IMG/VR virus record: IMGVR_UViG_3300020037_001957
Location: 13,626-77,625 of that record
Direction: 5' to 3' (one strand)
Source of the DNA: a virus
Taxonomy: Duplodnaviria; Caudoviricetes
Length of the DNA: 64,000 bases
Under the pieces are notes generated by a model, which did no database searches, was not told the origin of the DNA, and saw only the letters and a program-made list of their open reading frames with translations. Both the position numbers and the translations under genes were made by a program. Of the stretch, positions 54,890-64,000 are shown in pieces. Within the stretch, counting starts at the first letter, position 1. Each line of letters begins with the position of its first letter.

Positions 54890-57800
54890 TTAGTTTTCTT
54901 CTTCTAAGAAATCAACAGCCTCAGATATCTTTTTAGCTCCGGGAGTTAATTTCTGAACGTCTTTACCCAACTTCTCAAAATAATCATCTGCCTCTACATC
55001 CATTAAATGAGATAAAGCATCTAAGAACTTCTCCACTGTACCAATAGATGCGATAGGGCGGCTAATGGTAAATCTAGCTTGTTGAGGGTCAAATACGAAC
55101 AATAAGTCTTTTAAAGCTCTATCGAAAAACGCAGAAGCTTTTGTCTTTTTATCATCATCATCACCACTCAGAGATAAGGAAATAAGTAATCCCGTCATCA
55201 TAGCTCCCTTTAAATTACTCTTAAAATCCTTTACAGCCTGAGTGTCTTTACCCGAAGCTAAGGTTTTCATAAATCCTTTATCCCGAATATCGTTTCTTAT
55301 TTCTTTTAACCCTCCCCTGTACATGGTAGTCCAAGAACCTTTGTCGCCAAATCTAGCCCTAAACCACATAGGGACCCACTGCTTAAATTGCAAGACAGAT
55401 TTACCCAATTCGTTGTTGGCAAAGTTCATTCTATCCTTTTCTGAGTATTTACCTTGAACATCTGACACTTCATCAATAGCATCTAATATGCGCTTCTCTA
55501 AAGCCTTCTTATCTTTAACCGAATCTTTAATAACAATTTCTTCAATACCATGAGAGTTCTTTTTAAACTCAAAACTATTATAATCTTCGTCACTCATTTT
55601 ACCAAGTAAGCCCGACCCTTGAATAATATACTCACCCCATTTAGTTCCTAAGAAACCAATTTTAGTGAAAAAATTACCCGCGGTTGGAATTGGATTAGAA
55701 TCCATGTCTGTTGAAACAGCACCGTATTTATGAATGATTGCTCTTGCTTTTTTATTAAGCACAGAGCCCGTAAACAATCTAGCAAGTCCTTTAGCAACAG
55801 TAGCACTATTTTCTTTACGCCAGTTGTTGTAGAGTCCGATAGCAACGTTCATTCCTTGTGCCGTAGCATTAAACATCATTGTAGTTAAACTCGTAAGCGT
55901 TCTAAAGAATTTTAACGTATTGTCTATTGCAGGGTCAGTTTCATTCGGACGCTTAATAATATGTAAATCAATCCACCCTTTTAACCACTCAGCTACATTA
56001 TCTTTCTGAGCGTGTTTGGTTATTCTATTGCCTTGCTCATCAAATTCATATACCCCCGTCTTATTCAGATACTCAATGGAATTGATTATAGGGAGTAACG
56101 GACTGATGTGCTTGATATGTTGAGTGTCATCTATGTACTCCTGCATGGCAGTATAAAAGTCTTTAGAATACGCGCGTTTTGGGTCACGCGGTTTATCAAA
56201 CTTACTTCTCAACTGCCCGTTGTCATCCAATGAATAATCACCTTTACGAATAACATTCAGTGTATTAGTTTGACCCTTCTCATCCGCATTTACATTTTCC
56301 TTTAATTGCAATCTAGCCCTGCGGTTGTATTTACTAATCAAGTACATTGCTTTAACCTTCTCTTTAGAGCCCTTATTGCCGTATTTAATTAAAGCTTTCT
56401 CTATATTCTCGTATTCAGTAATTTGCTTCTTTCCCGTGTCAGGGTCAGTATATTCTATTCGGACGTTGTTAATATTGTGAGTATTACCAAGTAAACTACT
56501 TGTCGCTGCAATAGCATTTTCGGTAAGGAAGTTCTCATAGAATTTCTTATCCATTTTAAGAACATCCATATCTGTATTGTAAGACTCATCTCCTATAAGA
56601 CCTTGACGTTTACCAATTTCTTCACGTACAAATTTTAAATATTCCAACTGCGGGGCTGAAAATCCCTTCTTCTTACCTTCTTCTACTGTATAAAGTTGAC
56701 CTTTCCCATTGTCTAAATAATCAAAGTATTTGTAGTTCTGATTACCAAACAATCCTTTAATAAACTCACCTGCCCTTTGGGTGATGCCAATGCGCTTATT
56801 TCTATCCTTTATCACTTCAATAGCAAGCTTCTCATTAACGTTTTTAATCTGACGGGCTTCTTTAGTCTTTTCAAAGAAAGCTTCTTGAAACTTATCCGCT
56901 AAGAATTTCATTTCAGGGAAAGCCTCAGAGAAGTGAGTAAGCACTTTAATGTGTCTATCTAAGTAAGATATGTCTTTCTTTATAGCCTTTTCTTCTGAGA
57001 ACTGAGGGTCTGTTTTAGCTTTGTCAATTCCGCGCTGAAAGATATTCATTCCCATGCGTTTAAGAATCTCGTTCTTAATCTTAGTTGTTTTACCTTTAGG
57101 AACTTCTTGTGATGTAGTAATGAAATTATAAGCATCTACCAAATCTTCATACTTGAATTTTGAAAGGTCAGGCTCATTAGAAATAAGATTGTATAAGTCT
57201 GTTATGTCTTGTTCTTCAGGAGACACCTCTCTTTTAGCTTTAGCAAGTTGAACTTCGGCGGATGCAGATTCAATGTTTTTAGTTTCTCCTCTGATAATTT
57301 GTTTAGCTAAACTCTTAGCCACGTTCTTGTTTATCCCTAACAATGTTTTAAGCTTGTCAAAGATTCTATCAAGTAACTGCATGAACTTACTCTTCTCTAC
57401 CTCAGTATCAAATATCCCTGCTCCTTCACGCCCGATAGCTTCTGCCAATACTTCCTTAGCTAACATCTCATCATTCAATTCAGGGTAACGCTCTTTAGTT
57501 TCTGTCCATAGAGGACTTGTTTTAAGCTGTTTAATGGCAGATTGCACAACACTATTCTTATACCCTAAGAAGTCAATTAAGGCGTGTCCTGCTTCATGTA
57601 TTGGAGTGTCAATACCTGCGTAGTCAGGGTTGATTGTAATGACATTCCCTTGAATCTTACCTGCGGCATCTAATTTGTCATCGTATTTAACAGTGAATTT
57701 AGGGAGTGCTTTTTTAATCACATCCACTACTTTCTGAATATCGGCAGATGTTTTGGCAGCTTTCTTTTGGAATAAAGCTCCTTGGTCAGAACCAGCTTGT

Positions 57801-59917
57801 GTAAACTTACCTTTATTTTGTTGCAAGGTTAAATAATCTTTATTAAGCTTTCTGTACTGCTCATTCAGTAATTCTATTTTCTTATCCGCAATCTTTTTAG
57901 TTTCTTGATAACTTTCACTATTAGGATTTATATACCCTTTATTTGCAGGGTTAGTAAATCTGTCTTTAGTGTCAGCTATATTTTTTTCAACAGCCGCAAT
58001 TTTAGCTTTAAATTCAGCGGCTTCTTTATCGTATTCAATCTCACCCTGAGACTTATATTTAAACCTTGCTATGTTTAACGGAACTGCCGCATCAAAATCA
58101 AATGCACTAACAATACTTGATATTTTAGATTGAAATTCTGATTTAGTAGTTATTCTTTTGGAAGCATCTTTGTCCATTAAGAATTTAAACAACTCATCTT
58201 CATGTTGGTTTGTTAATTCAGAATAATCTTTTCTTACTTCTCCAATCCAATCTAAAGCCTTGTCAACCTCCTTCTTAGCCACTTGGTCAGTAGCATCCTC
58301 TAATTGCTCAGACTGTTGAATAGCCATTCCGTTAGGATTAAGCGCAGCTACATTTAATATAAAATTAGCATTATTTCCTTCATTCTTTTTAGCTTCGGCA
58401 ACAATCTCTTTTTTAGAGACTCCTTTCTCACTCATTTTTCTATAAATGTTCGCACGCTCAATGGGAGTTTCCATTGTTCTATTAGAATTTGACTCCTTAA
58501 TAGCATAATCTATAGCTTCTTGTTCTGTTCCCTCAAAGTATTTAACGGGCAGAGATTTAACCCCTGCTCTTTTAGCGCCCTCTAATCTATGATGTCCTGC
58601 AAGTACTAATGTTTTACCGTTTTCTTCCCAAACATCTAAAGGTGTTAATTGATTAGAATCAAAGTTTTCAGCAATATTTTTTACAATATGTTCTTTTAAT
58701 TTCTTTCTGTTTTGAAATCTAGCTTCGTCGGTTGTTATTCTACTAATAGGAATAACATCCATTCTAGCTTCTTTTATCTTCGGCTCGTTCTTAGACTTAT
58801 CCTTAACTACTTCTTTTGGTTTAGACTCTTCATCTTTTTTAGACTCAGGTTTTGTTTCTTTTGATTTATTTAAAGACTCAAACTTGCCAGTTTTTTTATT
58901 ATAAACCTCTACATCGTTAGCGCTTACAACTTTATTCTCACTAAAATTACTATCCTTTACTCTTATGGTTTCTTGATTTTCTTTATCTCCATACCAATTT
59001 TTTCCATTACCCTTAGTCCAGTATTTAGTATTAGAGTTCCCGCCTTTTTGTTTTCCTTCTCTAGCAAATACTCCGCCACTATTTATAATTGCATCTATTT
59101 CATTTTTAGATAACACTCTGTAATTATATCCTTTCTCTGAAATATGACTACCAGCAGGAGCTTTACCTAGTTGAATATTAGAGTCAAAAGTTCTATTAGT
59201 GAACCCTTCAGGAGTGATTAAATCAGTGCTTTTTTCTTTATTAGAAGCTTCTTTAGTATCTTCTTTTTTAGATTTAGCAGAATCGTTAATAGTAAATGTA
59301 GCAGCTCGGCCACTCTCTTTTACTTTTGTTAATAATCCTTTATCAACAGCCTTGTCGTGCATTTTAACCGCACCTTCACCAGCGGATTCAGTTGTTAAAG
59401 TTGTAACACCTTTTGTTTTCAAGTGTTCGATTAAAGCTTCAAACATTTTTGAGCCTTTACCTTTACCAACTTCATTGGCAGAAATACCATCTATTCTAAA
59501 AGTTGTAGGTGAAGTCATTACGCCACCTATTAATCCATCTTTAGTTTTAAATTGATACAAGTACCCATCATCAACTTCTGAAATTGTCGGACTTCCTAAA
59601 TATTCTTTATTAGTAACAACAACCTCTTTCTCTACAGGTTTCTCTTTAACAGGTTCCGCTTTCTTCACAGGTTCGGGGGTTGGTTCTTTCTCTACTGTAA
59701 CCTTACTTACTTTCTCTTTTGGAAGTTTAGCTTTATCGCGTAATTCGTTTAATTTCATTTGTAGCTTCTCGTGAAAATCTACAATAGCCATAGTGTCAGC
59801 CTCCAACTCCCCCTTGCCTTCCCCTTTATACTTCTCACTTGACGCAAGCATACCATCCACCTCTTCTGAAGTGAACGCTCCCTTAAACTTACTTAAACAT
59901 TTCTTTAAACTTCCCAT
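54890..59917 (-). CDS. Large polyvalent/ejected cargo-like protein (GNAT + ART-like + ParB + HExxH zincin + helical C-terminus)
   Basis: 'GKGKGSKMFEAL' GNAT motif A; 'YRVLSKNE'; 'LAGHHRLEGAK' ParB; 'IHEAGHAL'. Confidence 0.7.
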   Translation of the reverse strand: MGSLKKCLSKFKGAFTSEEVDGMLASSEKYKGEGKGELEADTMAIVDFHEKLQMKLNELRDKAKLPKEKVSKVTVEKEPTPEPVKKAEPVKEKPVEKEVVVTNKEYLGSPTISEVDDGYLYQFKTKDGLIGGVMTSPTTFRIDGISANEVGKGKGSKMFEALIEHLKTKGVTTLTTESAGEGAVKMHDKAVDKGLLTKVKESGRAATFTINDSAKSKKEDTKEASNKEKSTDLITPEGFTNRTFDSNIQLGKAPAGSHISEKGYNYRVLSKNEIDAIINSGGVFAREGKQKGGNSNTKYWTKGNGKNWYGDKENQETIRVKDSNFSENKVVSANDVEVYNKKTGKFESLNKSKETKPESKKDEESKPKEVVKDKSKNEPKIKEARMDVIPISRITTDEARFQNRKKLKEHIVKNIAENFDSNQLTPLDVWEENGKTLVLAGHHRLEGAKRAGVKSLPVKYFEGTEQEAIDYAIKESNSNRTMETPIERANIYRKMSEKGVSKKEIVAEAKKNEGNNANFILNVAALNPNGMAIQQSEQLEDATDQVAKKEVDKALDWIGEVRKDYSELTNQHEDELFKFLMDKDASKRITTKSEFQSKISSIVSAFDFDAAVPLNIARFKYKSQGEIEYDKEAAEFKAKIAAVEKNIADTKDRFTNPANKGYINPNSESYQETKKIADKKIELLNEQYRKLNKDYLTLQQNKGKFTQAGSDQGALFQKKAAKTSADIQKVVDVIKKALPKFTVKYDDKLDAAGKIQGNVITINPDYAGIDTPIHEAGHALIDFLGYKNSVVQSAIKQLKTSPLWTETKERYPELNDEMLAKEVLAEAIGREGAGIFDTEVEKSKFMQLLDRIFDKLKTLLGINKNVAKSLAKQIIRGETKNIESASAEVQLAKAKREVSPEEQDITDLYNLISNEPDLSKFKYEDLVDAYNFITTSQEVPKGKTTKIKNEILKRMGMNIFQRGIDKAKTDPQFSEEKAIKKDISYLDRHIKVLTHFSEAFPEMKFLADKFQEAFFEKTKEARQIKNVNEKLAIEVIKDRNKRIGITQRAGEFIKGLFGNQNYKYFDYLDNGKGQLYTVEEGKKKGFSAPQLEYLKFVREEIGKRQGLIGDESYNTDMDVLKMDKKFYENFLTENAIAATSSLLGNTHNINNVRIEYTDPDTGKKQITEYENIEKALIKYGNKGSKEKVKAMYLISKYNRRARLQLKENVNADEKGQTNTLNVIRKGDYSLDDNGQLRSKFDKPRDPKRAYSKDFYTAMQEYIDDTQHIKHISPLLPIINSIEYLNKTGVYEFDEQGNRITKHAQKDNVAEWLKGWIDLHIIKRPNETDPAIDNTLKFFRTLTSLTTMMFNATAQGMNVAIGLYNNWRKENSATVAKGLARLFTGSVLNKKARAIIHKYGAVSTDMDSNPIPTAGNFFTKIGFLGTKWGEYIIQGSGLLGKMSDEDYNSFEFKKNSHGIEEIVIKDSVKDKKALEKRILDAIDEVSDVQGKYSEKDRMNFANNELGKSVLQFKQWVPMWFRARFGDKGSWTTMYRGGLKEIRNDIRDKGFMKTLASGKDTQAVKDFKSNLKGAMMTGLLISLSLSGDDDDKKTKASAFFDRALKDLLFVFDPQQARFTISRPIASIGTVEKFLDALSHLMDVEADDYFEKLGKDVQKLTPGAKKISEAVDFLEEEN

Positions 59918-60183
59918 GATATAAATGTACGAATTATAGCCAAAATTTCTTCATCTTCTTTTTTAATCTTATCCCTATTTTTCTTTATACGTGGAGAAGG
60001 AGAATTATCTAAGAAGTTGTTATTAATAGCATACATGAAGGTTCTTCTACGAACCCTACCATCGTTTGTTGGCTCAGGGACAATAGCCACAGCTAACCAC
60101 CCTAACGACAATAATGTAAGAGATTTCCTTTGAGAATCACTAAGCCTACCTTCAGATAATATGGCTAATGACCTTCTGCTCAT
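59905..60183 (-). CDS. Hypothetical protein
   Basis: Overlaps both neighbours. Confidence 0.45.
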   Translation of the reverse strand: MSRRSLAILSEGRLSDSQRKSLTLLSLGWLAVAIVPEPTNDGRVRRRTFMYAINNNFLDNSPSPRIKKNRDKIKKEDEEILAIIRTFISWEV

Positions 60184-61151
60184 GGTTGACGGGTAAATAT
60201 TGTGGTGTCTTCGAGATTGCCAGTAACAGCAATGTTTATATCGCCCACCGTTAAACTCGATAATGTTTGAGTGGCAGGTTCACCTAATTTTAATCCCCTT
60301 ACTCTATGTAATTCGTCCACCAAAACTTCCAAGTCTTGAATAATCTTTCCATAAGTATCGGCAGTTACATGACCTCCTTTTAATTCATCCCACACGGCAG
60401 CAGCAATGGCGCTTGAACTCATATTACCTATAATAGCTCCCGCAGTGCCGGGTAAATAACTTCCCGGTAATGGAGTGAGCCAAGGGTCACCCGCACTACC
60501 CGCAGCAGCTAAAGCCTCTCCTGTACTTCCGGGATTTGTGTATTCAGCCGTTAAAGCATTCCATACACCATCCACAAGCTCTCTTACAGTAGCAGTTGAT
60601 TGATTAACATAAATATCGGCAGACATGGATAAAGTTCCTCTAAGTCCCGCAGTAAGAGTTCCTGAGCCCTCCATCACTGCGTTCATAAAAGAGATTAAAC
60701 TAAGCCCCGCAGCTAAACTTCCTGTACCTGCCAACGAAGCCTGTAACGACACTACTCCCACTAAACTAGCAGTTGTGATTGTGCCACTTCCTGTAAGTCC
60801 CGCAGCTAACGATACCACTAATGATAGATTAGCAGCACTAATAGTTCCACTACCATCTAAATCAGCAAGTAGATTAATTCCACTAGATACATTTACAGTA
60901 ACAGTTCCACTTCCATTAATTTGAGTAGTGGCACTTAATAAAGCACCCTTGTCACCCATGATAATAGAATAAGGATGATTAGTTCCCGTTGGAAATCCGT
61001 CACGTTTAATCTGCTCTTGTATATCTTCATACTGAGCCTTACCGTAATAGCCCCTCATCGTATGAGGGGCTATTACCCAACACGGATTTGTAATCCCCGA
61101 ATGAACGTGACCGCAAATTTGATTGATGTATGAGTAGTTACAGATTAACAT
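60180..61151 (-). CDS. Fibre-like structural protein
   Basis: Repeating 'L.GSGT...A.L' beta repeats; 'AVW.....H...T.G' motifs. Confidence 0.6.
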   Translation of the reverse strand: MLICNYSYINQICGHVHSGITNPCWVIAPHTMRGYYGKAQYEDIQEQIKRDGFPTGTNHPYSIIMGDKGALLSATTQINGSGTVTVNVSSGINLLADLDGSGTISAANLSLVVSLAAGLTGSGTITTASLVGVVSLQASLAGTGSLAAGLSLISFMNAVMEGSGTLTAGLRGTLSMSADIYVNQSTATVRELVDGVWNALTAEYTNPGSTGEALAAAGSAGDPWLTPLPGSYLPGTAGAIIGNMSSSAIAAAVWDELKGGHVTADTYGKIIQDLEVLVDELHRVRGLKLGEPATQTLSSLTVGDINIAVTGNLEDTTIFTRQP

Positions 61152-61905
61152 TATTGTTATAATTAAAAGTAAACCCCTTTATTTTTTTTATTTTCTTATT
61201 TAATACACTTCTGATGTTAGCCGTCGAAGTATTGATGCTCTTGGCAGCTTCGCTTATAGATAAAAACACAATTCCATTTTCTACACAAATAACACTTTTT
61301 GAAATACTAGCTTTTGCTTTTTTCAACTTATCCTTTGATTCCTGTGAATGTTTAAAGGTAGCCATGTATTCCCTTCTTTTTCTTTTAAAATCTTCAGAAC
61401 ATTTCCATCCACCTCTTTTGCCATGAGTAATTGAATACTTTCTAGTTCTCTCTCCCTGAGCAATTCTTTTCTCATCAGTCCAATAATTTTTTTGTCTCTC
61501 GCTAGTCTTTTCCCCAGTCTTTTTTCTCATTTCATCAGTCCATATCCTATTTTTATTTCTCTCTATAGTAAGTCTTCTCTCATAATCCGAAACGGTTCTA
61601 CCTAATCCGCCGTCTCCGCCAAGGGTTAAGTTATAGCCAAACTCACCATCTCTTGATTTAAACTCTTTTATCCAAAACATTTCTCTATCCTTCCAATTAC
61701 AGTCATCACAAGTCTCTATTATAGAAAATTCAAAATACTTTCCATCATTATTCCATGCGGATTGGAGATGTTTATTATAGTGTTTATTTTTTTTTAATAA
61801 GAATAAATGACTATAAATCCTTTTATTCAAAGACTGTTTTGTCTTACCGACATAAACTTTTCCGTTAAAAGAATTGTATATTTTGTAAATGTAAATCAAG
61901 CCCAT
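61138..61905 (-). CDS. Free-standing GIY-YIG homing endonuclease with NUMOD3/NUMOD1-type DNA-binding repeats
   Basis: 'IYKIYNSFNGKVYVGKT...R...H', 'E..WI', 'GYNLT.GG', 'HSQESK.K', C-terminal 'SISEAAK' HTH. Confidence 0.9.
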   Translation of the reverse strand: MGLIYIYKIYNSFNGKVYVGKTKQSLNKRIYSHLFLLKKNKHYNKHLQSAWNNDGKYFEFSIIETCDDCNWKDREMFWIKEFKSRDGEFGYNLTLGGDGGLGRTVSDYERRLTIERNKNRIWTDEMRKKTGEKTSERQKNYWTDEKRIAQGERTRKYSITHGKRGGWKCSEDFKRKRREYMATFKHSQESKDKLKKAKASISKSVICVENGIVFLSISEAAKSINTSTANIRSVLNKKIKKIKGFTFNYNNNVNL

Positions 61906-63074
61906 ACGAAGTTGAGTTGGCCCGAAATTGCCGATGAAACAGGAGTGGCTGCACCACTACCCCAAGCAAAGTAAATAGCAGCGCCGTCATAAATACGTGG
62001 CAAACTAGGGTATTCAAATAAGAAATTACGCTCACTTGCAAGTCCTAAAGTACTTATAGGAAACCTTCCTAATTCCTTCACTAAAGCCACTGTATAACTT
62101 CCCGATACATACGAAGTAGAATTTCTAATACCATTAATCTCAGCTATACCAGCATCACCCGCTTGTAAAGGCATCATATAATTATACTTACCCGTTCCTG
62201 TTGCTCCTGTATAAATAATCTGAGAGTTAGGACAAGCTGTTTTACCAATAGGAAGTACTGTTGGAGTAGCCCTTGTAGTTGTTTGAGCTGAGTTAGTATA
62301 ATTCAAACTCATGTTTGGAGTTCCTGCCCCTAATGGAGTAGCAGATGGATTAAATATAATAGCTTGTACACCTGCCCCGTTTGTGTAACGTGGTAACAGC
62401 CAATTTAATGTATGCGTTCCCGTTCCTGTTGTAGTTAAGTCTATCTCAGTTCCCGCAATAGCGTTGGCATAAGTAGTAGCTAATTTATAAGTGCTATTAT
62501 CTATTCTAATTAAATAATAATCAGTAGCCGTTGCTAAAGGTGCGGGTAGTGTAGTTGTTGTTGTACATCTTACTCTTGTCCCTGTTAATAAATTACTAGG
62601 AATAGAAGTGGTAGAAGTATAAGTCATTATATTAGTACCCGCATCAGCCGTAAATGTAGCTGTACGTGTAGAAATAGTATTAGTTGTTGCTTGCTCCGTT
62701 GTTGTTGTTACGGTGGTTACTCTGTAATATCCAATAACATCTAAGATAGCTAGAGTACCGGGAGCCATCGTAGCAGCCGCAGTTACAGCATGACCACTTA
62801 ATAAATACTTGTTAAACCCACTCGCTTGAACGTCACCACCATGCTGTAAACACCCTGCACTTGTTGTATTCTCAGATACAGGAATAAACGTTAAGTTAGC
62901 CCCTGTGTCAAACAAAGCATCCGAAGGCGGATTACCCGCCCCTCTTGCTAACATATGCCATTCATTCGCTACACAAACCGTAGTAGGTTGCATATTCTTA
63001 CCGAATGGTGCGTTCCAAGCTTGTCCTGCGCTTAACGCTTGTATAATTTGGTCATTTGAACTAAATCCAGCCAT
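61896..63074 (-). CDS. Virion-type beta protein (paralogue of 63093-63995)
   Basis: Shared LPRYT.G.GVQ, YTNS, PL..GD.G motifs. Confidence 0.6.
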   Translation of the reverse strand: MAGFSSNDQIIQALSAGQAWNAPFGKNMQPTTVCVANEWHMLARGAGNPPSDALFDTGANLTFIPVSENTTSAGCLQHGGDVQASGFNKYLLSGHAVTAAATMAPGTLAILDVIGYYRVTTVTTTTEQATTNTISTRTATFTADAGTNIMTYTSTTSIPSNLLTGTRVRCTTTTTLPAPLATATDYYLIRIDNSTYKLATTYANAIAGTEIDLTTTGTGTHTLNWLLPRYTNGAGVQAIIFNPSATPLGAGTPNMSLNYTNSAQTTTRATPTVLPIGKTACPNSQIIYTGATGTGKYNYMMPLQAGDAGIAEINGIRNSTSYVSGSYTVALVKELGRFPISTLGLASERNFLFEYPSLPRIYDGAAIYFAWGSGAATPVSSAISGQLNFVWA

Positions 63075-63092
63075 TGTATTTTATTTTAATTA

Positions 63093-63995
63093 TTAACTCG
63101 TCCATATCACTTTTAGGTCGCCTCGTAAAACAGTGGTAGCTAAACTTGCCTGTGGCAATACTACAAAGTTTAAAAAAGCATTGTCTTGTATTTGTATAAT
63201 ATCTGTTGTCGGTACTAAAAAATCTTTCTCATAAGGAGTGGCTATTGTTCCCGCAGTTGAAATACCACCTTCTCTAAAACTAGTTTGCGCCAATGGTTTC
63301 ACTAAAATAATAGAGAATAGCCCTACGTCCGTTCCGCTTATCATTGTAACACTTTCAACTAACCTTACTCCCTTATCACCTCGAGCTAAAGGAATCATCC
63401 AATTAGCGCTGTTTTGTATAGCTCTATCGCTGTTAGTTATAGCTCCAATAAACGGGGCGGCACTTTGTGTGCAAATAGAACTTAATCTCCCCGACACTCC
63501 ATCTGAGTTTGTATACTTCACTTGAAACGTTTGTCCCCCCGTTCTTACCCCTGTTGTTACAGCCATCATTTGAACACCCTCTCCATCAGTATATCGTGGT
63601 AAGGTAACAGTGTTATCCATTACCTGTTCATCTAAAGTACCGTCATCAACGGAAGGGTAATAAAGAAGATAATCCAATAAAATAGCAGTCATTGGAGTAG
63701 CTTGAGTAGTACTTGTAGCTTGCGCTTGTGTAGTTATCTTTCTCAAATACTTGGAACTAGGACTTACATTTGGGCCATGATACATTCCTCCGTCAGTGGA
63801 TTGATAAATAGCCTTTGCAATTAAAGGAGCTGCGTCAAACCAATACTTAGGTGTGGGCATCCCCGGACTCATTGATAAATCAAACCATATACCAATAGTA
63901 GTTGCTTGAGATGGTGTTTTACGCCAAATATAATCTCTGACCCTGCCTTCTAATTCAGCGTCTACAACTTGTCCTATTGAATAGAGTGGTGGCAT
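63093..63995 (-). CDS. Virion-type beta protein
   Basis: 300 aa; paralogous to the downstream gene. Confidence 0.6.
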   Translation of the reverse strand: MPPLYSIGQVVDAELEGRVRDYIWRKTPSQATTIGIWFDLSMSPGMPTPKYWFDAAPLIAKAIYQSTDGGMYHGPNVSPSSKYLRKITTQAQATSTTQATPMTAILLDYLLYYPSVDDGTLDEQVMDNTVTLPRYTDGEGVQMMAVTTGVRTGGQTFQVKYTNSDGVSGRLSSICTQSAAPFIGAITNSDRAIQNSANWMIPLARGDKGVRLVESVTMISGTDVGLFSIILVKPLAQTSFREGGISTAGTIATPYEKDFLVPTTDIIQIQDNAFLNFVVLPQASLATTVLRGDLKVIWTS

Positions 63996-64000
63996 TATAC

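Noticed and set aside
61138-61905. Group I intron carrying the GIY-YIG ORF
   Set aside because: Flanking genes appear intact with their own start and stop, and there is no room for intron core sequence.
839-63525. Numerous 60-130 aa ORFs antisense to or nested in long genes (e.g. 839-1108, 8247-8746, 12694-13784, 15330-15630, 16711-16998, 59199-59555, 63238-63525)
   Set aside because: Shadows of real genes on the opposite strand or in another frame; no leaders and unnatural composition.
1-64000. Diversity-generating retroelement, retron, integrase or CRISPR-Cas
   Set aside because: No reverse transcriptase, recombinase or cas motifs, and no TR/VR repeat pair, were seen.

Overview
A 64 kb segment of a Bacteroidota-infecting, crAss-like (Crassvirales-type) dsDNA phage, read with the standard genetic code. 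1-21.4 kb (- strand) is the virion/packaging module: TerL, portal, fibre genes including a Gly-rich/BNR sialidase-like protein, scaffold-like protein, major capsid protein, ring proteins, IHF-like gene, muzzle/tail-stabilisation protein (cut by the left edge) and a lysis cassette. 21.4-29.6 kb (-) carries a PD-(D/E)XK nuclease, DUF3127-like SSB, SF2 helicase and small ORFs. A 0.8 kb non-coding switch region is followed by early-type small ORFs (30.4-36.5 kb, +), a short - strand block with wHTH/YopX-like genes, and a + strand replication/recombination block (DnaB, KTSC, SSB-like, NinB/NinG/RusA-like, GH16, GroES). 52.7-64 kb (-) holds ferritin, a 1675-aa polyvalent (GNAT/ART-like/ParB/zincin) protein, a GIY-YIG homing endonuclease and virion-type proteins. 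The most striking non-coding signals: six dispersed pairs of a TCACA-N4-TGTAA box spaced exactly 37 bp apart; a mini-array of attC-like hairpins bracketing two small ORFs at 43.1-43.8 kb; five GYAACC-N16-(C/A)GT(A/T) ECF-type promoters; a tRNA-like RNA with an aberrant anticodon arm; and strong genome-wide enrichment of AGCCGCC. All family assignments come from motif recognition and synteny, without database searches.
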